DNA from: Armatimonadota bacterium
Lineage (GTDB): Bacteria; Armatimonadota; Fimbriimonadia; Fimbriimonadales; GBS-DC
NCBI GenBank assembly: GCA_037445735.1
Contig: JBBIJY010000019.1
Location: forward strand, 1 to 58,728
Reading direction: 5' to 3'
Length of the DNA stretch: 58,728 nt
The notes under the pieces were generated by a model. The model had not been told where the DNA came from. It worked only from the letters and a program-made list of their open reading frames with translations, and ran no database searches. Each line of letters opens with the position of its first letter. The stretch's first letter is position 1. Positions 29,839 to 38,319 of the stretch are shown piece after piece. A program made the translations under genes and the position numbers.

Positions 29839-31746
29839 ATGCTTCAGATGAAGCGATGGTTGTTAGCAGTAGCTGGGCTGAGCCTGACGGCTGGTTTCGC
29901 GCTCGCCCAGATGGACGATGTACCGCCCGGTCACTGGGCATACCAGGCGATCGAGGAGCTGGTACGCGCGGGCATCATCGAGGGTTACCCCGATGGGAAG
30001 TTCCGCCCTGACCGTGCTTTGACCCGTGCCGAGTTTGCGCAGGCGATTGCACGCGCCTACCGCAACATCGACGAGCGGCTGCGCACGCTCAGCAACCGCG
30101 TTGAGGAGCTGGCTCGCCAGGTGGGTCAGCAACCCGGTGGTCAGCCGCCTGCGGGTGGCGACCAGCAGCTGGCAGGGCGCGTGCAGGCGCTGGAGCAGGC
30201 AGTGAACGAACTGCGGCAGCTCCAGTCCGCCGTGCAGACCCTGCAGCGACTGGCGCAGACCTTCCAGCAGGAGCTGGCGAACCTCGGCGTGGATGTCGAC
30301 ACCCTGAAGAAGGACTTCGCCGCGCTCCAGAGCCGCGTGGAAGCGCTCGAGAAGCGACGCGAGCGCATCAGCATCAGCGGCGACCTGACCTTCGGCGGCT
30401 ACGCCACGCACAGCATCGACAAGTTCCAGGCGCTCACCTGGAACGGCGACCAGCTCAACCCGACCGGCAAGTTCCTGCAGAGCATCGACGCGGTGCATGA
30501 ACTCGGTCTGACCCTCAGCGGGCAGATCAACGAGGAGGTCAGCGGCTCGGCGACCTTCATTCTCGGCAACTACCTGAACTATGTGCGGAACGCTCCCGCA
30601 CCCCAAACCGATCTGGTCATCTGGGAAGCCTATGTGAAGGCGCCGATCGACCTGTTCGGCACGCGCATCGATGTGACCGTTGGGCGGTTCCCCGTATCGC
30701 TCACGCCGTTCACGCTGCGCCGACCGACCTGGGACGACTACCTGAACTTCCCGCGCTACAACGACTACCAGTACCGCGTGGATGGCGGCGCGCTGGGCTT
30801 TAACTTCGGCACGGTGCGCCTGAACCTCTGGGCTGCCAAGCTCAACAACTACAACTCGGTTAACGCCGCTGCCCCGCGCGTTGCTTTTGGGAACGGTCAT
30901 GTGGGACCTCTGACCGTGTATACCGACCCGAACGGCGTTCCGGACCAGTTCGCAGGCGCTCGCGTGGAGTTCGACGCCATTCGGGGCGAGGATACGAACC
31001 TCACAATCGGCGCCACCTACTTCGCCACCGGCACAGGTCCTGCCACCTTCGCCGGTCAGAACACCAACCGAATCGATGTGTTCGGTGGTGATCTGCGAGC
31101 GAAGTTCCGCGGCTTCACCGTCGGCGTGGAGTACGCCCAGAGCAACGGCGTGCGCGACAGCGATAATGTGGTCGATCAGGATAACTGGGCGCTGGACGCG
31201 AACATCAGCTACAACTTCAGCGAGAACCTGGGTCTGAAGGCAGGTTATCGCGAGGTGCGCCCTTACTTCATCGCGCCAGGCTACTGGGGTCGCATCGGAT
31301 TCCTCGTGAATCCGTCCGACCTGCGCGGTCCGTACGCCAACCTGAGCTACCGCTTCTCCGAGGATCTCAGCCTGAATGTTGCAGGTGAGTTCCTGGAGGG
31401 CACCGGGCGTGTGGCTGCAGGTGCAGGCGGCTACCAGACCAACGATGACCTCGTGCGCGTGGTGGCAGGTGTCGACTACAAGCTGTCCGATCGCTGGAAC
31501 CTCTCGCTCAATTACGAGGGTGTCTTCTGGCGACCGCGCAGCGCCACCTTCGGCAACACGAACGCCAATCCTATCTGGAACTACTTCACGCTGGGCGTCG
31601 GCTACAATCTGGGCGAGAACACCAGCCTGAATGTCCTCTACCAGGTTATCGACACCGACTCCAAAGGCGTGGCAACCCTGAGCGCACCCGGAGCGGGCAA
31701 GAACCGCGGCGGTGTGGCAGCCACCACGCTCAGCATCAAGTTCTGA
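29839..31746 (+). CDS. SLH + coiled-coil + outer-membrane beta-barrel protein (OmpM/SlpA-like)
   Basis: Signal peptide; SLH 'DVPPGHWAYQAIEELVRAGIIEGYPDGKFRPDRALTRAEFA'; heptad region; amphipathic beta strands; C-terminal Phe. Start is ATG 29839 or 29848. Confidence 0.85.
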   Translation: MLQMKRWLLAVAGLSLTAGFALAQMDDVPPGHWAYQAIEELVRAGIIEGYPDGKFRPDRALTRAEFAQAIARAYRNIDERLRTLSNRVEELARQVGQQPGGQPPAGGDQQLAGRVQALEQAVNELRQLQSAVQTLQRLAQTFQQELANLGVDVDTLKKDFAALQSRVEALEKRRERISISGDLTFGGYATHSIDKFQALTWNGDQLNPTGKFLQSIDAVHELGLTLSGQINEEVSGSATFILGNYLNYVRNAPAPQTDLVIWEAYVKAPIDLFGTRIDVTVGRFPVSLTPFTLRRPTWDDYLNFPRYNDYQYRVDGGALGFNFGTVRLNLWAAKLNNYNSVNAAAPRVAFGNGHVGPLTVYTDPNGVPDQFAGARVEFDAIRGEDTNLTIGATYFATGTGPATFAGQNTNRIDVFGGDLRAKFRGFTVGVEYAQSNGVRDSDNVVDQDNWALDANISYNFSENLGLKAGYREVRPYFIAPGYWGRIGFLVNPSDLRGPYANLSYRFSEDLSLNVAGEFLEGTGRVAAGAGGYQTNDDLVRVVAGVDYKLSDRWNLSLNYEGVFWRPRSATFGNTNANPIWNYFTLGVGYNLGENTSLNVLYQVIDTDSKGVATLSAPGAGKNRGGVAATTLSIKF

Positions 31747-31797
31747 ACCCGTTCATCCCGTGGAGGCAGGCGAACTCGCCTGCCTCCCTCACCCCTC

Positions 31798-31835
31798 TCA
31801 AGCCCCTGAAGAGCCTCTCAGGGGCTTGATTTTTT
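31798..31835 (+). terminator. Rho-independent terminator of SLH gene
   Basis: TCAAGCCCCTGA-N8-TCAGGGGCTTGA followed by TTTTTT; a second hairpin precedes it at 31762-31787. Confidence 0.85.
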
Positions 31836-31889
31836 GTACGCATGGCGCGGTCAGGATAGGGTACACTCTATGGCAGGGAGGCACAAGAT

Positions 31890-32741
31890 ATGGAGGTGCG
31901 ATGGATTGCGATTGACCAGATAGTGGAAGACCCTGACCAGCCGCGGCGGGGCTACGATGAAGAGCAGCTGCAGGGGCTGGCGGAGAGCATTCGGCGCTAC
32001 GGCATTCTGAACCCCATCACCGTGCGACCGCTGCCCGACGGCGAAACCTATCAGATTGTCACGGGCGAGCGACGCTGGCGGGCGGCTATCATGGCAGGGC
32101 TGACCGAAATCCCCTGCATCGTCAAGCCCATCGACCATGAGACCGCCACGCTGGAACAGCTCACCGAGAACCTTCAGCGGGAGGATCTCGCGCCCATCGA
32201 TAAGGCGCGCGCGCTCAAGCTGCTCAAGGAGCAGCGGCGACTGACCAACCGCGAGCTGGCGCAGATGCTGGGGCTGAGTGAGCGCACGCTCACCATCTGG
32301 CTGGGACTGCTGGAACTGCCCGAAGAGATTGGCGAGCAGGTGATTGCCACCAGCGGTCGCCCGCCCGCTGGCAGCATCACCACCAGCCACGCCCGCAGCC
32401 TGATGGAGCTGGAAGACCCCGAACTGCAGACGCGCGTCGCGACCAAGATTCGCGAGGAGGAGCTCACCAGCGGCGAGACCGCCGCGCTGGTGCGCACGCT
32501 GCGCGAGGCGCCCGAACGCGCCGACGAGATTCTGGAGCGCCCCGCTGAAGAGGTGCTGCAAAAGACGCCCCCGCTCACTGGACCCGCCGTGCAGGTGCGC
32601 CAGTTCCGACGCTATCTGGAGGGACTGGACATCAGCGCGCTCCATCCCAGCCACCTGCCACCGCTGGAGCAGGAGCTGGAAGAGCTGCTGGAGATTATCG
32701 CCGAGCAGCTGCAGGCGATACGGGCAGAGTTAGGCGAATGA
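31890..32741 (+). CDS. ParB/RepB/Spo0J family protein
   Basis: 'QPRR', 'LAESIRRYGILNPITVR', 'YQIVTGERRWRAA', 'ENLQREDL', HTH. Confidence 0.88.
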   Translation: MEVRWIAIDQIVEDPDQPRRGYDEEQLQGLAESIRRYGILNPITVRPLPDGETYQIVTGERRWRAAIMAGLTEIPCIVKPIDHETATLEQLTENLQREDLAPIDKARALKLLKEQRRLTNRELAQMLGLSERTLTIWLGLLELPEEIGEQVIATSGRPPAGSITTSHARSLMELEDPELQTRVATKIREEELTSGETAALVRTLREAPERADEILERPAEEVLQKTPPLTGPAVQVRQFRRYLEGLDISALHPSHLPPLEQELEELLEIIAEQLQAIRAELGE

Positions 32742-33412
32742 AGGTCATCGCGATCGACGGACCCGCCGGTTCGGGTAAAAGCACTTTAGCCCGCCTGCTG
32801 GCGCAGGCGCTCGGCTTTGTGTATCTGGACACGGGCGCGATGTATCGCGCGCTGGCGCTGGTCGCTCAGCGGGAGGGCATCGCGCCGGAGGACGAGCCTG
32901 CCCTCACCGCGCTCGCCCGGCGCATCCAGATCAGCTTTCAGCGTGTCGATGGCGAGCAGCGCGTGCTGGTCAATGGTGAGGATGTGTCGGAGGCGATCCG
33001 GCGTCCCGAAATCGGTCAGCTCGCCTCGCTGATATCGGTCTATTCAGGTGTGCGCCGCGCGATGGTCGCCCGCCAGCAGGAGATTGCCCGTCAGGTGGAG
33101 GGGCTGGTCGCCGAAGGGCGCGACACCACCACCGTTGTGTTCCACGAAGCCATCCTGAAGATTTTTCTGACCGCTTCACCTGAAGAGCGCGCCCGCCGCC
33201 GTCAGGCACAACTCCGCGAGCAGGGCATCGACATCCCTTTTGAAGAGGTTCTGCGCGAGATTCGGGAGCGCGACGAACGCGACACCACCCGCGCCGACTC
33301 ACCCCTGCAGCAGGCGGATGACGCGATCGTCATCGATAACGAGAATCTGACCGTCGCGGAGACCCTTCAGCGCGTGCTGGCGCTGTATACGGCGCGGGTG
33401 GGCGCCTCATGA
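32738..33412 (+). CDS. cmk: Cytidylate kinase
   Basis: 'IAIDGPAGSGKST', 'YLDTGAMYRA', 'VAEGRD', 'KIFLTASPEERARRR'. Confidence 0.95.
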   Translation: MKVIAIDGPAGSGKSTLARLLAQALGFVYLDTGAMYRALALVAQREGIAPEDEPALTALARRIQISFQRVDGEQRVLVNGEDVSEAIRRPEIGQLASLISVYSGVRRAMVARQQEIARQVEGLVAEGRDTTTVVFHEAILKIFLTASPEERARRRQAQLREQGIDIPFEEVLREIRERDERDTTRADSPLQQADDAIVIDNENLTVAETLQRVLALYTARVGAS

Positions 33413-34549
33413 CGGCTTGCGATGCTGCAGGCGCGCCAGATCGGCGGGTAGTGAATCGGGATAGCTCTGCAACAGCTGCTGCACCACTGCCTGCGCTTCC
33501 GCCTGCTGACCGCTCTGTTCGAGCAATCGTGCATAGCGCAACAACAGCTCCGGGCGGTGGGGTGTGCCCGGGTCTTTGAGCAGGGTATTGAGCCAGTGCA
33601 GGGCGCGGGTCAGCTCGCGCTGGCGCTCCGCCCGTTGCAGAAGCGTGTCCAGCTCGGCGAGCGTCAGGTGGTTCAGCGCGTGCAGCTCGCTCAGGCGGTC
33701 GGCAATCGCGCTCAGCTGTCGCCAGTCGGTCGGGCGCTGGCGCAGCGCGTTCAGCAGATGGCGGATGGCGCTCTCGCGGTCGCCCAGCAGTTGCCAGATT
33801 TCGCTGGCGCGAATGAGCGCGTCCACATCGGGTTGCGGGCGGTTCAGCAGGGGCTGGAGCCAGCGCAGCGACTCGTCGGGCGTGCCCTCATGCAGGCGCT
33901 GTTCGGCTTGCTGGAGCAGGTAGTCGCGTTCGCCCTGCCCGCCCGCGCCCCACAGCAGCGCGAGTGCCAGCCCAAAAGCGAAGCCGCCCAGATGCGCCCA
34001 GTAGCCCACTTCGACGGGATGCTCCGCGCCCGCGCTCAGAATCGCGCCTGTACCCTGCCACACGACCCACAGCAGCACCGCCAGCCACATCGGCACGGTC
34101 AGCCCCCAGCGGCTCACCTGCGACCACACCAGCCGCACCCGCACGCGATAGAACCGTATCGCGAAGTAGCCCACCAGCGCGGAAATCGCGCCTGACGCGC
34201 CCACCAGCGAATCGCGATAGAGCATCGGCTGAAGCACCGCCACCATCAGCCAGTGGGTCAACACCGCCACCAGCCCGCCCAGCAGATAGAGCAGCAGCAA
34301 CCGCGCCGGCGCCAGCACCCGCTCCACATACCAGCCGAAAAATGCCAGGAAGAGCAGGTTGCGCAGCAGATGCGCCAGATTCGCATGCACGACCATGCTG
34401 GTGAACGGCGTGTACCATTTCGGCTGGGCGGGCACAAAGCCCAGCGATTCGACCTGTTGCGAGTCGCCCATCACCAGCAGCGTGGCGCCCGTCGTGATGA
34501 GCATCAGCACCAGAGTCCACAGTGGTGGTCGGGGACGCATGGGGCGCAC
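33407..34549 (-). CDS. Rhomboid family intramembrane serine protease with C-terminal TPR-like domain
   Basis: 'HANLAHLLRN', 'VGASGA' (catalytic Ser), 'AHLGG' (catalytic His); helical C-terminus. Confidence 0.85.
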   Translation of the reverse strand: MRPMRPRPPLWTLVLMLITTGATLLVMGDSQQVESLGFVPAQPKWYTPFTSMVVHANLAHLLRNLLFLAFFGWYVERVLAPARLLLLYLLGGLVAVLTHWLMVAVLQPMLYRDSLVGASGAISALVGYFAIRFYRVRVRLVWSQVSRWGLTVPMWLAVLLWVVWQGTGAILSAGAEHPVEVGYWAHLGGFAFGLALALLWGAGGQGERDYLLQQAEQRLHEGTPDESLRWLQPLLNRPQPDVDALIRASEIWQLLGDRESAIRHLLNALRQRPTDWRQLSAIADRLSELHALNHLTLAELDTLLQRAERQRELTRALHWLNTLLKDPGTPHRPELLLRYARLLEQSGQQAEAQAVVQQLLQSYPDSLPADLARLQHRKPS

Positions 34550-34552
34550 TGG

Positions 34553-35299
34553 CTACGAAAGCCCTGTTAGTACCTCGTCGGGGATGTCGAAGTTGGCGTA
34601 GGTGTGCTGCACATCGTCGTGGTCTTCGAGCGCTTCGAGCAGGCGCATGAGTCTGGTGGCGGTCTCGCCTTCCACGCGCACGCTGGTGGTGGGCGTCAGC
34701 TCCAGTTGCGCTTCGGCAATCGGCACATTGTTGGCCTGCAGGTAGTCGCGCACGGCGTGGAACTGTTCGGGCGCCGTGATGACGCGATAGAACTCCTCTT
34801 CGGCGTCGACATCTTCGGCGCCTGCCTCCAGCGCCAGCTCGAACAGTCGCTCCTCGCTGATGGCTTCGGCGGGCACGGTGATGACACCCTGCCGCCGGAA
34901 CTGCCATGCGACGCTGCCCGCCTCGCTCAGGCTGCCGCCGTGTCGGGAGAACAGGTGGCGCAGCTCGGCGACGGTGCGGTTGCGGTTATCGGTCAGGCAC
35001 TCCACGAGGATGGCGACGCCGCCGGGTCCGTAGCCCTCGTAGAGCACCTCTTCATACTGGGCGCCTTCCAGTTCGCCCGTGCCGCGCTGGATGGCGCGCT
35101 TGATGTTATCGGCAGGCATGTGGTGCTCGCGCGCCTTTTCGATGGCGAGTCGCAGGCGCGGGTTAGCGTCCGGGTTGCCCCCGCCCAGTCGCGCCGCCAC
35201 GATAATCTCGCGTGCCAGCTTCGTGAAGAGCTTGCTGCGCATCGCGTCCTGCCGCGATTTGCGGATACGGATATTGTGCCACTTCGAATGTCCTGCCAT
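34553..35299 (-). CDS. yebC: YebC/PmpR family protein
   Basis: 'MAGHSKWHNI', 'YEGYGPGGVA', 'TDNRNRT', 'LEDHDDVQ'. Confidence 0.95.
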   Translation of the reverse strand: MAGHSKWHNIRIRKSRQDAMRSKLFTKLAREIIVAARLGGGNPDANPRLRLAIEKAREHHMPADNIKRAIQRGTGELEGAQYEEVLYEGYGPGGVAILVECLTDNRNRTVAELRHLFSRHGGSLSEAGSVAWQFRRQGVITVPAEAISEERLFELALEAGAEDVDAEEEFYRVITAPEQFHAVRDYLQANNVPIAEAQLELTPTTSVRVEGETATRLMRLLEALEDHDDVQHTYANFDIPDEVLTGLS

Positions 35300-35339
35300 C
35301 GCCGCTCACTCCTTTGAGGGATTGTACCCGACAAAGAGG

Positions 35340-35371
35340 GCAGCGCCGGAGGTGGGCGACTCCGGCGCTGC
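35340..35371 (-). terminator. 12-bp GC-rich hairpin, probable terminator upstream of the yebC promoter
   Basis: GCAGCGCCGGAG-N8-CTCCGGCGCTGC followed on the minus strand by CCTCTTTG; TACAAT -10 for yebC at 35326-35321. Confidence 0.6.
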
Positions 35372-35576
35372 GTGTGAAGGGCGCGTGCGTGGGAGGGGAA
35401 AGCTATTCGTCAAGGAGGCACTGGGCGAACCGACGCCCCGCTTCGCCGATCCGCCCAGTGCCTGCTGGAGCACGACTTGCACATGCAAGTCTGCCCACGG
35501 ATGAGGAGGCAGGTCGAAACCGTTTCGCGTCCGCTCCCCCTGGCACGGTTCCCGTCGCCCAGCTGCCCAGCCTGAT

Positions 35577-35798
35577 CTACGGCTCCTCATCCCAGTCCTC
35601 TACACCCTTAGACAGCTCCACCCGCTTCGCAGGTTCCGCCGAAGAGTAGTCCCAGTTGTCACAGTCGAGCCGCCGACAGTAGAGCATGCGCTGTACCCGC
35701 CCATCCGCCATCTCCACATCGGCAATATCGGCGAATCGGCATCGCATGCACAGCTCTGGCTCCAGCAGACGCACCACTTTAAGCTCTCGTCCTGGCAT
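35577..35798 (-). CDS. Small Cys-rich protein (CxxC...CxxxxC, putative Zn-binding)
   Basis: 73 aa, GAGG RBS, 'LCMRCRF' and 'YCRRLDCDNWD'. Confidence 0.7.
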   Translation of the reverse strand: MPGRELKVVRLLEPELCMRCRFADIADVEMADGRVQRMLYCRRLDCDNWDYSSAEPAKRVELSKGVEDWDEEP

Positions 35799-35936
35799 CT
35801 CAATCGCCTCACTTGCAAGGTCAGGAGTTCCGTCTCCCTCTGGAGATTATCGGCTATTGGACAACCGCCATGCAGGGTCAGGTTCCGCGTAGATTTGCGG
35901 GTTTTGGGCTTACAGGCGGGTATAATCGCCTTCACT

Positions 35937-37703
35937 ATGCGCCGATTCGGGACGCTCTGGGGCTGGTTTCTATTGCTCGCGCTTGCATGCGCCGACATCA
36001 ATGTCTCCATCAGCAACCTTCAGGCGCATGTGCGCTATCTGGCGTCGGAGGCGCTGGCGGGACGGCTGGCAATCGCACCTGGCGCCCATCAGGCAGCGGA
36101 CTATATCGCCCGCCTGTTCAAAGAGTACGGGCTGGAGCCGAAGGGCACGCAGGGCTACTTTCAGGATTTTGAAATGACGATTGGCTTCCAGCCGACCGCC
36201 GACACCGCGCTGGTGTTCAAGCCGCTGCGCGGGCGGGAGTGGCGCGCACCTGCCGATTCAATCCGCCCGCTCAATCTCACGGCGAACGCGAAGGCGTCGG
36301 GCGAGGTGGTGTTCGTCGGCTACGGCATCTCCGCGCCCGAAAATGGCTACGACGATTACACAGGCGTCGATGTGAAGGGCAAAATTGTCGCCTTTTTGCG
36401 GGGCATTCCCGAATCGGAGCGCGATCGCCTGCCGCGGGCGACGGTCAGCCAGCGCGTGCGCTTAGCTGCCGAGAAGGGTGCGGCGGGCGTGCTGGTGCTG
36501 AACACGCCCGATAACGACCGCCTGCTGCCGCTGGCTGCTCGCGGACGCATGACAAGCCCCGTCAATCTCCCCGTGCTGAACCTGAACCTCGCGACAGCTA
36601 ACCGCCTGCTACAGCCCATTAACCTGCAGGTTGACACCGCTATCGAGCGGCTCAACACCTCCCGTCAGCCCATCAGCCAGCTGATTCCGAACCTGCGTGT
36701 GGAGATGGCAGCGGGCATCGAGCCGCGCAAGGGCATCGCCCGCAATGTGATTGGCTTCCTGCCGGGCAACGACCCTGCTAAACGCGAGGAGATTATCGTG
36801 ATTGGGGCGCATTACGATCATGTCGGCTTTGGCGAGGTCGGCTCGCTGGCGCCCGAATCGGGCGGGGTTCATCACGGTGCGGACGATAACGCCTCCGGCA
36901 CCGCGGGACTGCTGGAGCTGGCACGCCTGCTCGCCGCGAACCGCCATCAGCTCGCCCGCAGCGTGCTGCTGATCGCCTTTTCAGGTGAAGAGGAGGGGCT
37001 GGTCGGCTCCGCCCACTTCGTGCGCAACCCGACTGTACCCCTCGAAAAGATTGTGGCGATGCTCAATCTCGACATGATTGGTCGCATGACGAACGATCGG
37101 CTGTCAGTGAGCGGGTTAGGCAGCTCGCCCCAGTGGGAGGCAATCGTCAAAGCCGCCAACACGGAGGGGCTGAACCTGAGCTTGAGCCAGAGCGCGACCG
37201 GCGGCAGCGACCACACCTCCTTCTTCCTGCGCAACATCCCTGTGCTGTTCTTCTTCACGGGCATGCACCCCGACTATCACCGCCCGTCGGACACATGGGA
37301 GAAGATTAACTACGAGGGTCAGGCGAAGGTGGTGAGCATGGTGTATCGGGTCGCGCTCGCGCTCTCGGAGCGGGCGGAGCGAATCGCCTTCAGCCGACCC
37401 CAGCAGGCGAGCGACCAGCCCGCGCGGCGCGGATTGCGCGTGCGACTGGGGCTGATCCCTGACTACACCGTGAATGACGAGAAGGGCGTGCTGCTGCAGG
37501 GCGTCTCACCCGGCTCCCCTGCCGAAAAAGCGGGGCTGAAAGCGGGCGATCGGGTTATCGCCATCAACGGCAAGCGCGTGCAGAACATCGAGCAGATGAT
37601 GAGCCTCTACGCGGAGCTGGAGCCGGGCAAACCCGCTCAGCTCACCATCCTGCGCGACGGCAAAGAGATGACCGTTGAAATCGTGCCCGCCAGCGTGGAA
37701 TAA
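35937..37703 (+). CDS. M28 family metallopeptidase with PA and PDZ domains
   Basis: 'IGAHYDH', 'GADDNASG', 'FSGEEEGLVGS', 'NLDMIG', 'SDH', 'DYH'; PA 'DDYTGVDVKGKIV'; PDZ 'GSPAEKAGLKAGD'. Confidence 0.92.
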   Translation: MRRFGTLWGWFLLLALACADINVSISNLQAHVRYLASEALAGRLAIAPGAHQAADYIARLFKEYGLEPKGTQGYFQDFEMTIGFQPTADTALVFKPLRGREWRAPADSIRPLNLTANAKASGEVVFVGYGISAPENGYDDYTGVDVKGKIVAFLRGIPESERDRLPRATVSQRVRLAAEKGAAGVLVLNTPDNDRLLPLAARGRMTSPVNLPVLNLNLATANRLLQPINLQVDTAIERLNTSRQPISQLIPNLRVEMAAGIEPRKGIARNVIGFLPGNDPAKREEIIVIGAHYDHVGFGEVGSLAPESGGVHHGADDNASGTAGLLELARLLAANRHQLARSVLLIAFSGEEEGLVGSAHFVRNPTVPLEKIVAMLNLDMIGRMTNDRLSVSGLGSSPQWEAIVKAANTEGLNLSLSQSATGGSDHTSFFLRNIPVLFFFTGMHPDYHRPSDTWEKINYEGQAKVVSMVYRVALALSERAERIAFSRPQQASDQPARRGLRVRLGLIPDYTVNDEKGVLLQGVSPGSPAEKAGLKAGDRVIAINGKRVQNIEQMMSLYAELEPGKPAQLTILRDGKEMTVEIVPASVE

Positions 37704-37724
37704 CCTCTGCGCTGGAGGTTGCGC

Positions 37725-38318
37725 ATGGAGAACGGCTCGCAGGGAGCGATTGCGGTCGAGGTGCGCCTGCCAAGCCAGCGCAACACCTGTGTGGGCATAC
37801 TGCAGGCAATCTCGCGCGAGGCAATCAGCGTCCGCCTGAACAAAGAGAGCCAGCTGCCGCGACTGGCGCCCAACATGCCCGTGGAGCTGTATATTCAGGC
37901 GCAGGAGGCGGCTTATCGCATTCATGGAGTGGTTCAGGCGCGTCGCGAGGATATATTGACCGTTCGACTGGTTGCCCCGCCCCAGGTCGCCGACCGCCGC
38001 TCGGCGCCCCGCTATCGGGTGAACCTGCCCGTGCAGGTTACACTCAACGATTTTGCCGATGGTGGGCACTATTGTCAGCAGGACGCCCGCGCCGTCGACA
38101 TCAGCCGCACAGGCATGCGCCTGCTGCTGCACACACCGGTGGAGACGGGTCAGATGCTGCAGGTGGAGTTCACCCTGCTCGATGCGGAACAGCCGATTCG
38201 CGCCGCTGCAACCGTGCGCCATGTGCGCCCCTACAGCGACGGGCAGTGGATAGCTGGGGTGATGTTCACGCAAATGGCGCGCGTGGACGCCGCATGGCTT
38301 GCAAGACTGTTTCCATAG
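37725..38318 (+). CDS. PilZ domain (c-di-GMP receptor, YcgR-like) protein
   Basis: RxxxR ('RRSAPR') and DxSxxG ('DISRTG') motifs; GGAGG RBS before ATG 37725. Confidence 0.85.
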   Translation: MENGSQGAIAVEVRLPSQRNTCVGILQAISREAISVRLNKESQLPRLAPNMPVELYIQAQEAAYRIHGVVQARREDILTVRLVAPPQVADRRSAPRYRVNLPVQVTLNDFADGGHYCQQDARAVDISRTGMRLLLHTPVETGQMLQVEFTLLDAEQPIRAAATVRHVRPYSDGQWIAGVMFTQMARVDAAWLARLFP

Positions 38319-38319
38319 T

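Noticed and set aside
35505-35540. GAAACGGTTTCGAC on the minus strand resembles the tmRNA 5' motif
   Set aside because: No adjacent GGGG acceptor strand, no T-arm/CCA 3' end at a suitable distance and no tag ORF
35541-35556. TGGCACGGTTCCCGT, sigma54 -24-like
   Set aside because: No TTGC -12 element
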